NCBI RefSeq assembly: GCF_006345805.1
Contig: NC_043003.1
Span: 1,736,001-1,800,000 of the forward strand
Length of the DNA stretch: 64,000 bases
Direction: 5' to 3'
Origin: Octopus sinensis
Lineage: Eukaryota
A program made the translations under genes and the position numbers. The notes beneath the pieces were generated by a model that searched no databases, was not told the DNA's origin, and saw only the letters and a list, made by a program, of their open reading frames with translations. How positions within the stretch are numbered: position 1 is the first letter of the stretch; each line of letters begins with the position of its first letter. Positions 11,856-25,306 of this stretch are shown here, piece by piece.

Positions 11856-13611
11856 GGTGCAGGAGTGGCTGTGTGGTAAGTAGCTTGCTTACCAACCACA
11901 TGGTTCTGGGTTCAGTCTCACTGCATGGCACCTTGGGCAAGTGTCTTCTACAATAGCCTCGGGCTGACCAAAGCCTTTTGAGTGGATTTGGTAGATGGAA
12001 ACTGAAATATATATATGTGTTTGCTCCCCCAACATCACTTGACAACCATTGTCCACGTAACTTTGCGGTTCGGCAAAACAGACCGATAGAATAAGTACTA
12101 GGCTTACAAAGAATAAGTCCTGGGGTCGATTTTCTCGACCAAAGCTGGTGCTCCAGCATGGCCGCAGTCACATGACTGAAACAAGTAAAAGAGTAAAAGA
12201 ATATACATCTATATATATATGTACATACACACACCAACACATACATATACACAACAGGCTTCTTTCAATTTCCATCTACCAAATCCACTCACAAGGGTTT
12301 TGGTCAGCCCAGGATTATAGAAGAAGACACATGCCCAAGGTGTCACGGAGTGGGACTGAACCTGGAACCATGTGGTTGAGAAGTGTACCTCTTACCACAC
12401 AGCTGTGCCAACCCCTATTCAAATACATATAAATCACACCTGTCACTAATCTTTCAAGTCTAAGTCGTAAAAGTGACCCCTGTTTTAATACAAGGTGTTT
12501 GTTGTTCAGCTTCAAACCAACCCTGATCAAACAGAACTGGGATTGAAGGCATCCCATTCATGGCCATCCAGTCTTCTTTTCCAGGAATAATCTATCAAAG
12601 ATTACATTTTTCAATGTAAGTATGGTTTGAGGGTGATTTGGCTGCTATTTCCAGAAACCTGCGTGACCATATAGAGCCTCCCTCATTGGCTCACCATTCA
12701 CCAAAATATAGAAGTGGTTAGATAATGAATTCCAAGTGCATCTGATCACCACCATTTTATCTTCCTTTTATCATCATTTAACATTTATCTTCCATGATGG
12801 CATGGATGGACTGTCTAATGGGAGCAAGCAAGCTGGAGAGCTGCACCAGGCTCCATTGTCCACTGTGGCATGGTTTCATGATTTCTACAGTTGGATGTCC
12901 TTTATAAGAGAAACCACTTTATAGTGGTGAACTGGGCGTCTTTTTTTTGTGCCACCGGCATGAGTGAGGTGACCCAGTGGCTTGCAAGATGAGAAAAGAA
13001 CAGGAGCTGTGACCCCTCAACGCGGAGAAGTAACAGCCAGACCCGGAGAGACTCTCTGATCTCCAAACTAAGCATGCTGTCAAGTGAAGTCACTCCAGAG
13101 ATTCTTCAGAGACAGTTCTTTCCCAACAACCATGACCAAAGAATAATTAATTTCCTATATGTGAACTGGCAAACCAAGTGAGACCGTAACCATGGCTTCT
13201 GCCAGTGTAGTGTAATCGGCCCATTTAAGAGTACCCTTCAATCATTGGGCAATAAACTGTGCCTGAGAAGACCTGTTGAGTCAAGTGAAATCAGTGTCAT
13301 GGCCGATGCCAGTACTGCCTGGCTGGCACATAAAAAGCACCATTCAAGCGTGATCGATGCCAGTGCCACCTGACTGGTCCTCATGGTGGTGGCACATCAA
13401 AAGCACCTACTACACTCTTGGAATGGTTGGCGTAAGAAAGGGCATCCAGCTGTAGAAGCCTTGCCAGATCAGACTGGAACCTGATGCAGCCTTCTGGCTA
13501 GCCAGCCCTCAGTCAAACTGTCCAACCCATGCCAGCATGAAAAGCAGACGTTAAATAATGATGATGATGATGATTTCCAATGAAAGTCAAAAGCTGTTCT
13601 TATTTGCTCAC

Positions 13612-13728
13612 CTTCTTCATAGCTTCATAGATCAGGTTTCCGTAATCATCGACATTATCTCGATGAGGAATAGCATTCTTCAGACCAAGTTCAGCAGTAC
13701 CAGAAAGATTCTTTCTTGCTTTCATGCC
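13612..13728 (-). CDS. TTC17: TTC17 coding exon (GMKARKNLSGTAELGLKNAIPHRDNVDDYGNLIYEAMKK)
   Basis: Acceptor ctccacag|GGC, donor AAG|gtgagc. Resembles GVQERVNLS...SIDDIGHLIHEGLQK. 117 nt, phase 0 to 0. Confidence 0.9.
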
Positions 13729-13742
13729 CTGTGGAGAAACAC

Positions 13743-13782
<40 letters not shown>

Positions 13783-14240
13783 TGTAATAATCAAGAGCGT
13801 TTTATATCAGTGATTCTGAACATTTTTAATTTCCAAGCCAGATCCAAACCTGCATAAAAAAAAAGTAAAACACAGGTCAATTAAAAAAAAAATTCATTAT
13901 AAGCATCATCCATACGTAGTTGATGCCAGTGACCCCTGACTGGCTCCTGTGCTGGTGATTCAAAACGTCCAACCCATGCCAGTATGGAAAACGGAGGTTA
14001 AACAATGATGATGATTTATAGAGGGAAGACTGTCAGAGGCCACCAAAAGGATGCTTGAGGACTGCAAGTACCCTTAGGGGCTGCAGCTGAGAACTGCTAT
14101 TTTATATAGATTATATTTACCAAATTTGATATCAGATAAGACACAATTTTTTCCCCGCAAAAATGCCTGGGAAAAGAACATGTCAGGACCTATGTCCTCC
14201 TCAGCTGGGCCAAGATTGCTTTAAATGCCACATCCTTTAA

Positions 14241-15292
14241 CCCTTTCATTACCAAACCGCCCGAAAAAAATTTTGGTTAATGTGACCAAACCGCCCAAAG
14301 CTGCCCGAATTTACCTATTCATATTTAAATGAGAATATCAGAGCAAATCTCTTTAGTACATTCGTGAAAACACGTATTATACTTCGTAAACAGTTCAACT
14401 ACAGTTTTGTACAATAATCGAAGTGTAATTTTAATTCCGTGAATTTTGAGAGATTTTTTTCCGAAATTTGTTCCTATTGTGTTTTCAAAATTTGTAATTC
14501 TGACAAAAAATGGATACGAATTTCATTATATCAAGCAGCGAGTCAGAATTCGAAGGATTTTCTACTGAAGACCTTCATAAATCTAACTCTGAAAAAAAAA
14601 GCACATGGTATTTGATAATGAATCTGATGTTTCATTTTCCGAAAGTGAAAACAGTGAATTCGAGAGCTCCGACAGCGATAAAGAAAATGAATTGGCACCT
14701 GAATGGAGTGAAAATTTAAAAACTGTTTCTTTCGGTGATTTTTCTGAAGAAACTGGACCAAGCCACAGACTTTCCCAGAGGAGTAAAGCCTTAGACTATT
14801 TCTTTTTACTTTTTCGAATGAGCCTATTTGAAATCATTACGCTAAAATGTAAACAAAGCGAAAGAAAGGATAGTTTGTGGTTTCCCACAACCTTAAATGA
14901 AATTAAGGCCTATTTTGCCATAAATATTATTATGGGTATCAGAAAGTTACCCAGAATAACAAATTCTATCGTAAAATTTTGTTGTATACCCAATTGAATA
15001 TTAGCTAATAACCCATTTTCTATAGCGATGTTTGAACAAAATTTTAATAATTTTATATATTGTTGAATTTACCTGTATCTACCTGCAATTAGAGTCACTT
15101 TGTGACAAAAATTATAGTATAGAATTGGTTGAGAATATTTCATTAAATTATCTTCCAAAAATCAGATTAATATATTGATAAATAAAAAAGTTATAGTTGT
15201 TTAATGAAACCAAACTAAATTTATGATTATGTTAGAAATTAATTGAAACACATAAGGGGTGTAATTTGGTTAGAAATATAGTAACAAAAGGG
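14241..15292 (+). mobile_element. Non-autonomous (internally deleted) piggyBac element, copy 1
   Basis: TTAA on both sides, TIRs CCCTTTCATTAC / GTAACAAAAGGG. Remnant acidic N-terminus and WFPTTLNEIKAYFAINIIMGIRKLP, like piggyBac/PGBD transposases. Confidence 0.9.
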
Positions 15293-17147
15293 TTAAAGCA
15301 CTCAAAACTTCTATCCTGAATATGTGATGCTGAAATTGAGGAATCTAATCTGTCTTTTATGCCATCAAATGCAATAATTATATTGATGGATTTTGTTAAT
15401 GCAAATAGAAGTCACCTACAGCAGCTGCAGCATGTGTTTTGAAAGGTTCCAGTCGTGTTTTTCTAACTGCAAAGTAAATTTCATTTTCAATAAGTTAATC
15501 AACAGAGGTGGGAAATACTAACGGAGTTGTGCAGATTGACCCAAACTGATGAGATTGATGCAAATGAGATCAGTTTGGTTATAGGTGCGTCAAAGTTTGG
15601 GTTCTAGAAAGAAATGACCAAGTGACCCAGCACAAAAAAGGGTTTCAGAAGAGAGTGGGGAGGGATGTGGGCAACAGGATTGTAAAGATGATGCGGTTGA
15701 CGGCGGGGGGGGGGATTGTCCAGTGAAGGCACATGGTTTAATGTTTAGGATATTCAGCTCATATTTGTAAGGTCGTGAGTTCCATTTCTGGCAGCGGTTC
15801 ATGTCCTTGAGCAAGACACTTTATTTCACTTTATTGCTCCAGTCCACTCAGCTGGCAAAAATTAGTTATACCCGTAATTCAAAGGGTCAACCTTGTCACA
15901 TTCTGTGCCACGTTGAATCTCCCTGAGAGCTACGTTAAGGGTACACGTGTCTGTGGAGTGCTCGGCCACTTGCACGTTAACTTCACAAGCATGCTGTTCT
16001 CTTCATTGGATCAACTGGAACCTTCATCGTCATAATGGACAGAGCCCCAGTTGGGCCCTCTTTTTTCTTTCCCTTTTTTTTTCTTTTTTTTTTCATTAAT
16101 AGTCTAATAAGAATTTTTGCTTGTTTTCAAAGGGGGATAAGTTTATGAAATGTGTCAGTATTTCTCAGAGTTGTTAGTGACATAAATTAAGTCAAGTGCC
16201 TTCAAGTAAAATTCAAAACTGGGTCACAAACTCGATTCACTTAGAAATCACTTCTATTCTACTTAAACAGTCTAAAGCTAGACACATACATATCTGTTTC
16301 TAAGGTAACCAGCTCAGCTGACATTGGTTGGAGGGGGGGTGTGAAAACTGACACTTGTACAACGTAGTACTTCAAACAAATGAATGGATGAAAACTGAAC
16401 CACAAAAGGAGAGTCTGTGGACTTTGAGAAAGTACATGTGGTAGTGAAGATGATGAAATAACACTTAGATGCAAGGAGTGGGGGTCTCTGAGTCTTTGTT
16501 TTCTTCCTTCAAGTTCCTGTTATAAGCACAATGTTAGTATTGTCTTCAAACTGATCAAATACAAAAGAAATATATAAGACATATAGGTGCAGGCATGGCT
16601 GTGAGGCTTAGAAGCTGGCTTTGGAACCGTGTGGTTTCAGGTTCAATCTCAGGGCACAGCACTTTGGGAAAGTGTCTTCTACCATAGTCCCAAGCCAGCC
16701 AACTCCTTGTGAGTGAATTTAGTAGACAGAAACTGTGTGGAAGCCTTATTGACAGTGGCTTTGAAGTTATGGCTTAACTGGCCAAAACTTCAAGTCATTG
16801 TCAATAGTATTCTTGTTTAAGACTGGGTTGCCTGATTGGCTCTTGTGCTGCTGGAATGTAAAAAGCACCATCCAAATGTGGCCGATGCCAGTGACCCCTG
16901 ATTGGCTCCCATGCTGGTGGAACGTAAAAAGCACCATACAAATGTGGCCAATGCCAGTGACCCCTGACTGTCTCCTGTGCTGGTGGCACGTAAAAAACAC
17001 CCACTACACTCTCGGAGTGGTTGGTGTTAGGAAGGGCATCCAGCTGTAGAAACCTCGCCAGATCAGATTGGAGCCTGGTGCAGCCACTGGCTCTCCAGAC
17101 TGTAGTCGAACTGTCCAACCCATGCCAGCACGGAAAATGGATGTTAA

Positions 17148-18230
17148 CCCTTTCGTTACCAAACTGCCCAAAGCCGCCCGAAAAAAATTTTGGCTAAGGT
17201 GACCAAACCGCCCAAACCCGCCTGTATTTACTTATTCATATTTAAATGAGAATATCAGAGCAAATCTCTTTAGTACATTCGTGAAAACAAGTGATTATAC
17301 TTCGTAAACAGTTCATCTACAGTTTTGTACAACGATCGAAGTGTAATTTTAATTCTGTGAATTTTGGGAGATTTTTTTCCGAAATTTGTTCCTATTGTGT
17401 TTTCAAAATTTGTAATTCTGACAAAAAATGGATACGAATTTCATAATATCAAGCAGCGAGTCAGAATTTGAAGGATTTTCTACTGAAGACCTTCATAAAT
17501 CTAACTCTATGACTGAAAAAAGCATGTGGTATTTGATAATGAATCTGATGTTTCATTTTCCGAAAGTGAAAACAGTGAATCCGAGAGCTCTGACAACGAT
17601 AAAGAAAATGAATTGGCACCTGAATGGAGTGAAAATTTAAAAACTGTTTCTTTCGGTGATTTTTCTGAAGAAACTGGACCAAGCCACAGACTTTCTCAGG
17701 AGAGTAAAGCCTTAGACTATTTCCTTTTACTTTTTTGAATGAGCCTATTTGAAATCATTACGGCGGAAATGAACCATTACGCTAAATGTAAACAAAGCGA
17801 AAGAAACGATAGTTAGTGGTTTCCCACAACCTTAAATGAAATTAAGACTATTTTGCCATAAATATTATTATGGGTATCAGAAAGTTACCCAGAATAACAA
17901 ATTCTATCGTAAAATTTTGTTGTATACCCAATTGAATATTAGCTAATAACCCATTTTCTATAGCGATGTTTGAACAAAATTTTAATAATTTTATATATTG
18001 TTGAATTTACCTGTATCTACCTGCAATTAGAGTCACTTTGTGACAAAAATTATAGTATAGAATTGGTTGAGAATATTTCATTAAATTATCTTCCAAAAAT
18101 CAGATTAATATATCGATAAATAAAAAAGTTATAGTTGTTTAATGAAACCAGACTAAATTTATGATTATGTTAGAAATTAATTGAAACACATAAGGGGTGT
18201 ATTTTGGTCAGAAATATAGTAACGAAAGGG
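17148..18230 (+). mobile_element. Non-autonomous piggyBac element, copy 2, inserted in the TTAA of an RTE-type tail
   Basis: TTAA flanks, TIRs CCCTTTCGTTAC / GTAACGAAAGGG. Very similar to copy 1 over about 1.05 kb. Confidence 0.9.
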
Positions 18231-18390
18231 TTAAATGATGATGATGAACTCTTTGCAGTTCTGTAAATTCAAAAACGTGATGAGAGACTTGTCAGTGGTA
18301 GAAACAACCAATGGTAGGTGCTTTCTATCTGGAAGAAAACTTACTGTAATATTCAAACAACTCAGGTTATTTGAACCAGTTACGAGAGAT

Positions 18391-18458
<68 letters not shown>

Positions 18459-18841
18459 AAGTGAAGGCACAGAGTGCAGGAACGTGAATTACAAATATAT
18501 TTGAGTGTTGGGCCTCAGGGAGGTGAGGTGGCTGAGTTCCTTTTGAGTGTTGGGCTTCATGGAGGCAATGACTGAGACCTTTGGCATTATGTCGTGCTTC
18601 AGCAGAAGACCCATCAAGCCAAGCAAAATCGCAGTTGTGGCAGATACCAGTGTCACGCAAATTGGCACCCATGACAGTGGCATATAAAAGCACCCACTAC
18701 ACTCTCGAAGTGGTTGGCATTAGGAAGATTATCCAGCTGTAGTAAAACCATGCCAACTTAGACTGGAGTCTGGTGCAGCCTTCCAGCGTGCCAGCCCAGT
18801 CAAATCATCCAACCCATACCAACATGGACAACGGAAATTAA

Positions 18842-18879
<38 letters not shown>

Positions 18880-19090
18880 TACCACATATTTCCTATGCTA
18901 TGCCACATCAACTCCAGATGGCAGCACCCATCTGTCACACAGCTCAGAAGCAAACCAATTTTACAGTTGCCTGCTTTCACGGTAACAATGTTCAGGTGTA
19001 AAAATGACTTTTTCAAACAACACAAAGACATTCCACTTTCTTAGCAATGTCCAACTGGCAGCATCCAGTAGTAAATGATTCTCCACTCAC

Positions 19091-19202
19091 CTCAAGATGT
19101 TCGAATGCATGGATGCTGTAGTGAAGATCTGTCACTTGGGTACAATCAGGGGGAAGAGGTTTGTTACTTGGCACAGCTTTGAAATCAATATGTTCCTCTT
19201 GT
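19091..19202 (-). CDS. TTC17: TTC17 coding exon (QEEHIDFKAVPSNKPLPPDCTQVTDLHYSIHAFEHLE)
   Basis: Acceptor ttcttgtag|A, donor GAG|gtgagt. Resembles PEDYID...PDCTKILELPYSIHAFQHL. 112 nt, phase 2 to 0. Not in the ORF track; translated by hand. Confidence 0.93.
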
Positions 19203-19540
19203 CTACAAGAAATAAAGAAAAGAAAACAAAAAAATGAGAGAATAAAACTAAAAAGAATGTCAGAAGAGAGTTATTTGCAGAAATGTTGTTTATTATTAAC
19301 GAGCTGTTTATTATAACGAGCTGTTTATTATAACGAGCTGGCAGAATCATTAGCATGCTGGAAAAAATGCTGAGCGATATTTCGTTCCTCTTTGTGTCTC
19401 GAGATCAAATTCTGCCGAGATCAATTTTGTTTTTCATCCTTTTGGGACCAATAAAATCCCAGTCAGGTACTGGGGTCGATGTAATCGACTAGCCCCCTCC
19501 CCCCCGGTAGTGTCGGCTATAGCCTAGTCACCCATATAGT

Positions 19541-21762
19541 TAATCAGGTGATACATGAAGGAGTCATACCCAATGACTGGTGTAGCAGCATAATAGTCAA
19601 CTGCTACAAAGGTAAAGGTGACGCCCTAGATACAAATAACTACAGAGGTATCAAGCTGTTGGATCAAGTGATGAAGGTTACGGAGAGGGTCATAGCCCAA
19701 CTAATTAGAGAGAGAGTTAGTTTAGATGAGATGCAGTTTGGGTTTGTGCCAGGGAAAAGTACTACTGATGCTATATTCCTGGTAAGGCAGCTGCAGGAGA
19801 AATACCTAGCCAAAGATAAGGCCCTGTACCTGGCTTTTGTTGACATGGAGAAAGCCTTCGACAGGGTCCCCCGATCCCTTATCTGGTGGGCAATGAGGAA
19901 ACTAGGATAGATGAATGGTTAGCGAGAGCTGTGCGGGCCATGTATAGGGACACTGCTAGTAGGGTGAGGGTTGGAAACGAGTACAGTGAAGAATTCCGGG
20001 TAGAGGTAGGAGTCCACCAAGGCTCAGTACTCAGCCCCCTCCTATTTATCATAGTCCTCCAGGCAATAACGGAGGAATTCAAGACAGGATGCCCTTGGGA
20101 GCCCCTCTATGCTGATGACCTTGCTCTAATTGCTGAGTCGCTATCAGAACTGGAGGAGAAGTTTCAGGTGTGGAAACAAGGATTAGAATCGAAGGGCCTC
20201 AGAGTCAATCTAGCTAAAACCAAAGTCGTAATCAGTAGGAAGGTAGACAAATCACAAACGCCTTCAGGTAGATGGCCCTGCTCGATCTGTAGAAAAGGTG
20301 TAGGTAGAAACTCTATAAGATGAACCAAGTGTAAGCTATGGACACATAAGAGGTGCAGCAATGTCAAAGGAAGGCTAACTAGGAAGATGGTTTTTGTATG
20401 TGGCAGATGCTCAGGAACAATAAACACTGAAAATGCTCTGAGACCAACTTCCGTCACTTTCCAGGGAGAAAAACTAGAAATAGTTGATAGTTTCCGTTAC
20501 CTAGGTGACCAAGTCAGCAGCGGGGGCGGGTGTGCTGAAAGTGTAACTGCTAGAGTAAGAATAGCTTGGGCAAAGTTCAGAGAGCTCTTACCTCTGCTGG
20601 TGACAAAAGGCCTCTCGCACAGAGTGAAAGGCAGACTGTATGATGCGTGTGTACAAACAGCCATGCTACATGGCAGTGAAACATGGGCAGTGACTGCTGA
20701 GGATATGCGTAAGCTCGCAAGAAATGAAGCCAGTATGCTCCGATGGATGTGTAATGTCAGTGTTCATAATCGACAGAGTGTAAGTACCTTGAGAGAAAAG
20801 CTGGACCTAAGAAGCATCAGTTGTGGTGTGCAAGAGAGACGATTGTGCTGGTATGGTCATGTGGCGAGAATGGATGAAGATAGTTGTGTGAAAAAGTGCC
20901 ACACCCTAGCGGTTGAGGGAACCTGTGGAAGAGGCAGACCCAGGAAAACCTGGGACGAGGTGGTGAAGCACGACCTTCGAACTTTAGGTCTCACTGAGGA
21001 AATGACTAGAGACCGAGTCCTCTGGAAGTGTGCTGTGCGCGAGAAGACCCGGCAGGACAAGTGAGTCCATAACCCGTGGCCTTCTACTTGGGATGGAGCC
21101 AGCCTACGTATGCATACCTTCCCTTCTTGGGACACAAAACTCTACTTGTGAAGACCTGTTGAGGCAAGTGAGGATCAGAATCGAAATCGATCAATGGAAA
21201 TTGCTGATGTGTTACCAGTGCCGGTGGCATGTCGAAACTCTACTTGTGAGGACCCGTTGAGTCAAGTGAGGATCAGAATGGAAATCGATCAATGGAAATT
21301 GCAGATGTGTTACCAGTGCCGGTGGCATGTCGAAACTCTACTTGTGAAGACCCGTTGAGGCAAGTGAGGATCAGAATGGAAATCGATCAATGGAAATTGC
21401 AGATGTGTTACCAGTGCCGGTGGCATGTAAGAGAACCTTCCGTTTCGCGACCGTTGCCAGCACCGCCCCGTTTCGTGTCCGTTGCCAGCCTCGCCTGGCC
21501 CTTGTGCCGGTGGCACATAAAAAGCACCATCCGTTCGTGACCGTTTGCCAGCTCTGTCTGGCACCTGTGCGGGTGGCACGTAAAAAGCACCCACTACACT
21601 CACGGAGTGGTTGGCGTTAGGAAGGGCATCCAGCCGTAGAAACACTGCCAGATATGACTGGGCCTGATGAAGCCTTCTGGCTTCACAGACCCCAGTAGAA
21701 CCGTCCAACCCATGCTAGCATGGAAAACGGACGCTAAACGACGATGATGATGATGATGATGC
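19541..21762 (+). mobile_element. 5'-truncated RTE-clade LINE (RT domain, Cys-rich insert, 3' UTR arrays, (GAT)n tail); frameshift and stop
   Basis: ORF pieces 19548-19910, 19886-20323 and 20387-21064 carry RT motifs (QFGFVPGKSTTDA, FVDMEKAFDRV, GVHQGSVLSP, YADD). Frameshift near 19895, TGA at 20321. Confidence 0.95.
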
Positions 21763-22184
21763 CTATAGAAGAAAGCAATAAAGCAATTACAGCAGGAATA
21801 CAGGTCCAACTCATGCCAGCATGGAAATTAAATGCTAAATGATGACGACGATGATGATGATGAATTGGTAGGATTGTTAGAGAATCAGAAAAAGTACCTT
21901 GTGGTATTTGTTCTGGCTCTTTATGTTCTCAGTTCAAAATCCCACCAGAACTGACAAAATAAAAATGCCAGTCAAATGCTGGGGGTCGATGGTATCAATT
22001 AATTCCCCTCCCCTCAAAAGTGCAGGTCTTGTGCCTAATCCAGAACATGTGTTTATCTTCATTTATTACAGGGGTGTTGGCATCAAAAAGACACCGTTTT
22101 AAATGAACAATAGAATGTAAGGGAAAGAAAGACACCCCAAGTCTGAGACCCTAACTTATCCAAATAACATCTCCAAACACTTCC

Positions 22185-22407
22185 TCACCTTTTGGCATTC
22201 AGGTTACTCTGTCAAATGTAATGTTTTTTCGTTCACATTGTTTTGAATTAATCATGTATTATCTCATAGCTTTGAAATTTTGATGATCTGATTGTTTATT
22301 TTAAGAACGACATTGTAGGGTAGGTGTAAGAGGAGAGATCTGGCCAGTTTGAACATAAAAAAGAATATTTTAGCTGGATATAGCCAGTTTAAGTGCTAAA
22401 GGGTTAA
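22185..22407. mobile_element. Short TTAA-type MITE family (other copies at about 277-455, 31790-32020; related 56111-56342)
   Basis: Ends of the CCCTTTAGCATT / TGCTAAAGGGTTAA type; shared internal sequence among copies. Confidence 0.6.
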
Positions 22408-22552
22408 ACACACATAATGATATCGTTTCCTGTTTGGAATATAAACCAGAGTAAAATTTAATAACAAATGGTCAGTGAATGATGAAAATATAAAAGTGAA
22501 AAATATTTTTTCTCTTCACTGGTGGGAAGTCAATAGATGTGTGTATATAAAT

Positions 22553-22782
22553 CAGGGCTGTGGAGTCAAAACAAAAAAATTTGACTCCGACTCTGACTCC
22601 TCTACTGTTGGCACCTCCGACTCCTCTTTATGTAATTAGGTGATTCTGGTCTACACATCTCACAAAGCGTATGCATACGCTTGTACTCTGAGTAGGCCTT
22701 GTATGTTATAACTGGTTTATATTAAAGAGAATAAAGACATTGTGAGTCAGAGAGTTTTACCGACTGCAACTCCACAGCCCTG
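22553..22782. mobile_element. hAT-type MITE
   Basis: TIRs CAGGGCTGTGGAGT / ACTCCACAGCCCTG with a perfect 8-bp TSD atataaat. Confidence 0.88.
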
Positions 22783-25306
22783 ATATAAATCCATATAAAA
22801 TATAGATTTGCAACGTGGCAATGTAAACATGAGTGATAATTAGTGCATTAAGTGCAACGGAGCATTGCGACTCTTACAGGAGTGTGCTTTTGTGATCCAA
22901 GCACAATCTTTGATCACCCATCCATGCTATCACAGATCAATCTATGATAAGCTTAACACTGTTCACAATTGAGCGTACTATTTGATCACAGACCAGTGAT
23001 GAATGAATCAGTGATAAATGAGGGTGGATGTAACATGAACAACAGAAGCAGAGTTGATTTCCAAGCCAGAAAGAATGAGACAGAACAACTTCAAAGGTAA
23101 CTGGCAACGGAAACTCAAGTCAAGGGATTTTATTAAGAAGCTTAATTCTTTACCTTTTACTTGTATCAGTCATTGGACTGTGGCCATGCTGGGGCACCAC
23201 CTTGAAGAATTTTAATCAAATGAATCAACCCCAGGACTTATTTTCTCCTTTAAAGACCTGATACTTATTCTATCAGTCTTTTTTGCTGAACTGCCAAGTT
23301 ATGGAGATCTAAACAGGTTCAAGAAATTCTTTCTCATGAAAGGCAAAAGTGTGGCAGCACAGGTGTGGTTGTATGGTTTAAGAAGCTTGCTTCCAAACCA
23401 TATGGTCTCAGGTTCAGCCTCACTGTGTGGAACTTTGGGCTAGTGTCTCCTACTTTAGTGCCAGAATGACCAAAATCTTGTGAGTGGATTTGGCACATGG
23501 AAAACAAAAGAAGCCCATCATATAGGTTTTTGTGTGTGTGTGTTTATATATATCATCATCATCATCCTTTTTTAACGTCCGTTTTCCATGCTGGCATGGG
23601 TTGGACGGTTTGGCTGGAGATGGCAAGCCAGGAGGCTGCACCAGGCTCCAATCTGATCTGGCAATGTTTCTACAGCTGGATTGCTCTTCCTAACGCCAAC
23701 CACTCTGAAAGTGTAGTGGGTGCTTATGTGTAGTGGGTGCACGGGAGCCAGTCAGGCGACACTGGCAACGGCCATGTTTGGATGGTGCTTTTTATGTGTC
23801 AGTGGCACAGGAGCCAGTCGGGGCAAAGAGGCTGGCATCAACCATGTTTGGATGGTACTTTTTACATGCCACCAGCATGGGGAGCCAGTTAAGCAGCACT
23901 GGCAATGACCCACGCGGGAATAGTGCTTACTGCATGCCACCAGCATGGGAGCCAGTCAGGTGGAACTGGCATCAGTCACAACAACAATTTTCATTTGAGC
24001 ATGATCGTTACCGCGTCGCCTTACTAGCACTTGTGCTGGTGGCACATGAAACATTTGAACGAGGTCGTCGCCAGTGCCGCTGGACTGGCTCCTGTGCAGG
24101 TGGCACATAAAAAGCACCATTTGGGCATGGCCGTTGCCAGTACTACCAAACTGGCCCTCATGCCGGTGGCACGTAAAAGCACCCTCTAAACTCTCGGAGT
24201 GGGTGGCATTAGGAAAGGCATCCAGCTGTAGAAACTCAGCCAGATCAGATTGGAGTCTGGTTCGCCAGACCTCAGTCAAATCGTCCAACCCATGCTAGCA
24301 TGGAAAGCGGACATTAAACGATGATGATGATGATGATGATGATGTGATTTGATGTTGATGTACTTGACTCCATAGGTCTCATCACCATCACGTGATGGCT
24401 GTTAACGAGTATCACTCTCATACAAGCAATGTTGTTCACTTCCAGTCTTCCACGAAAAATATGTCTTAGCCACGAGGGAGTATTACTTTGATTTGTTACA
24501 GGTGTGGGTCAGTGGCAGGAAGGGTGTCTGGTCATAGGAAATCTGCCCCAACAAATTGTCTAACCCAGTCGAGCATGGAAAAGGGGATATTAAATAATGA
24601 TGATGATGATAAAACAAACTTAATTATTAAATGACCTAATTTACCCCAAAGTATGGTAAATATCAAAGCAAACAGGTTTAAGTTGAACAGGGAACAAAAC
24701 TTTCATGTGTGCTCACCGAAATAAAGTGGGAAGTAAATATGTTATACAAAATAAAAAACAAAAATAAACACTAATCTTATTCACCAAAAGAGTCTAATAA
24801 ATTTTTTTTAAATGCGTTAAAAAATAAAAGTGGGAAAAGTTTAGAAAAAATATTGAAATAATTGATCTTGGTACTAATGTTAGATGAGCCAACTTGAAAA
24901 ACTAGGAGGGCAACTGAAAAAAAATTGTGTAAAACAAAAATAATGAAATAAAAAACAAGTAGAAAATTCACAAAAAGAATAATACAATCAAGTATTTTAG
25001 CAATTGGAAGGCTCCCAGAATTGATTAAAACCTGCAGTTATTAATTGCAATTAGAATACTTAACAGCAATCAATGGATTGTGAAAAGAGAAGACAAGAAT
25101 CAATACTCGGTTGATTAATACAAAAATATTACAAGTCTCAAAAACTGCAGATCAATATAATGCTATTAATCATCATCATCACCATCATCGTTGTCATTTT
25201 AATGTCCACTTTCCCAGGCTTGCAAGGGTGGACAGAATTTCTTGAGGTGGACTTCATGCTCTTTCTATTGCCTACAAGCCAGTTAATATTTCCTATGGCT
25301 GGACAT

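Noticed and set aside
21660-21690. CTGATGA followed by an AGCC/GGCT hairpin as a hammerhead
   Set aside because: No downstream GAAA, and most family copies read CCTGGTGCAGCC, so the motif is incidental.
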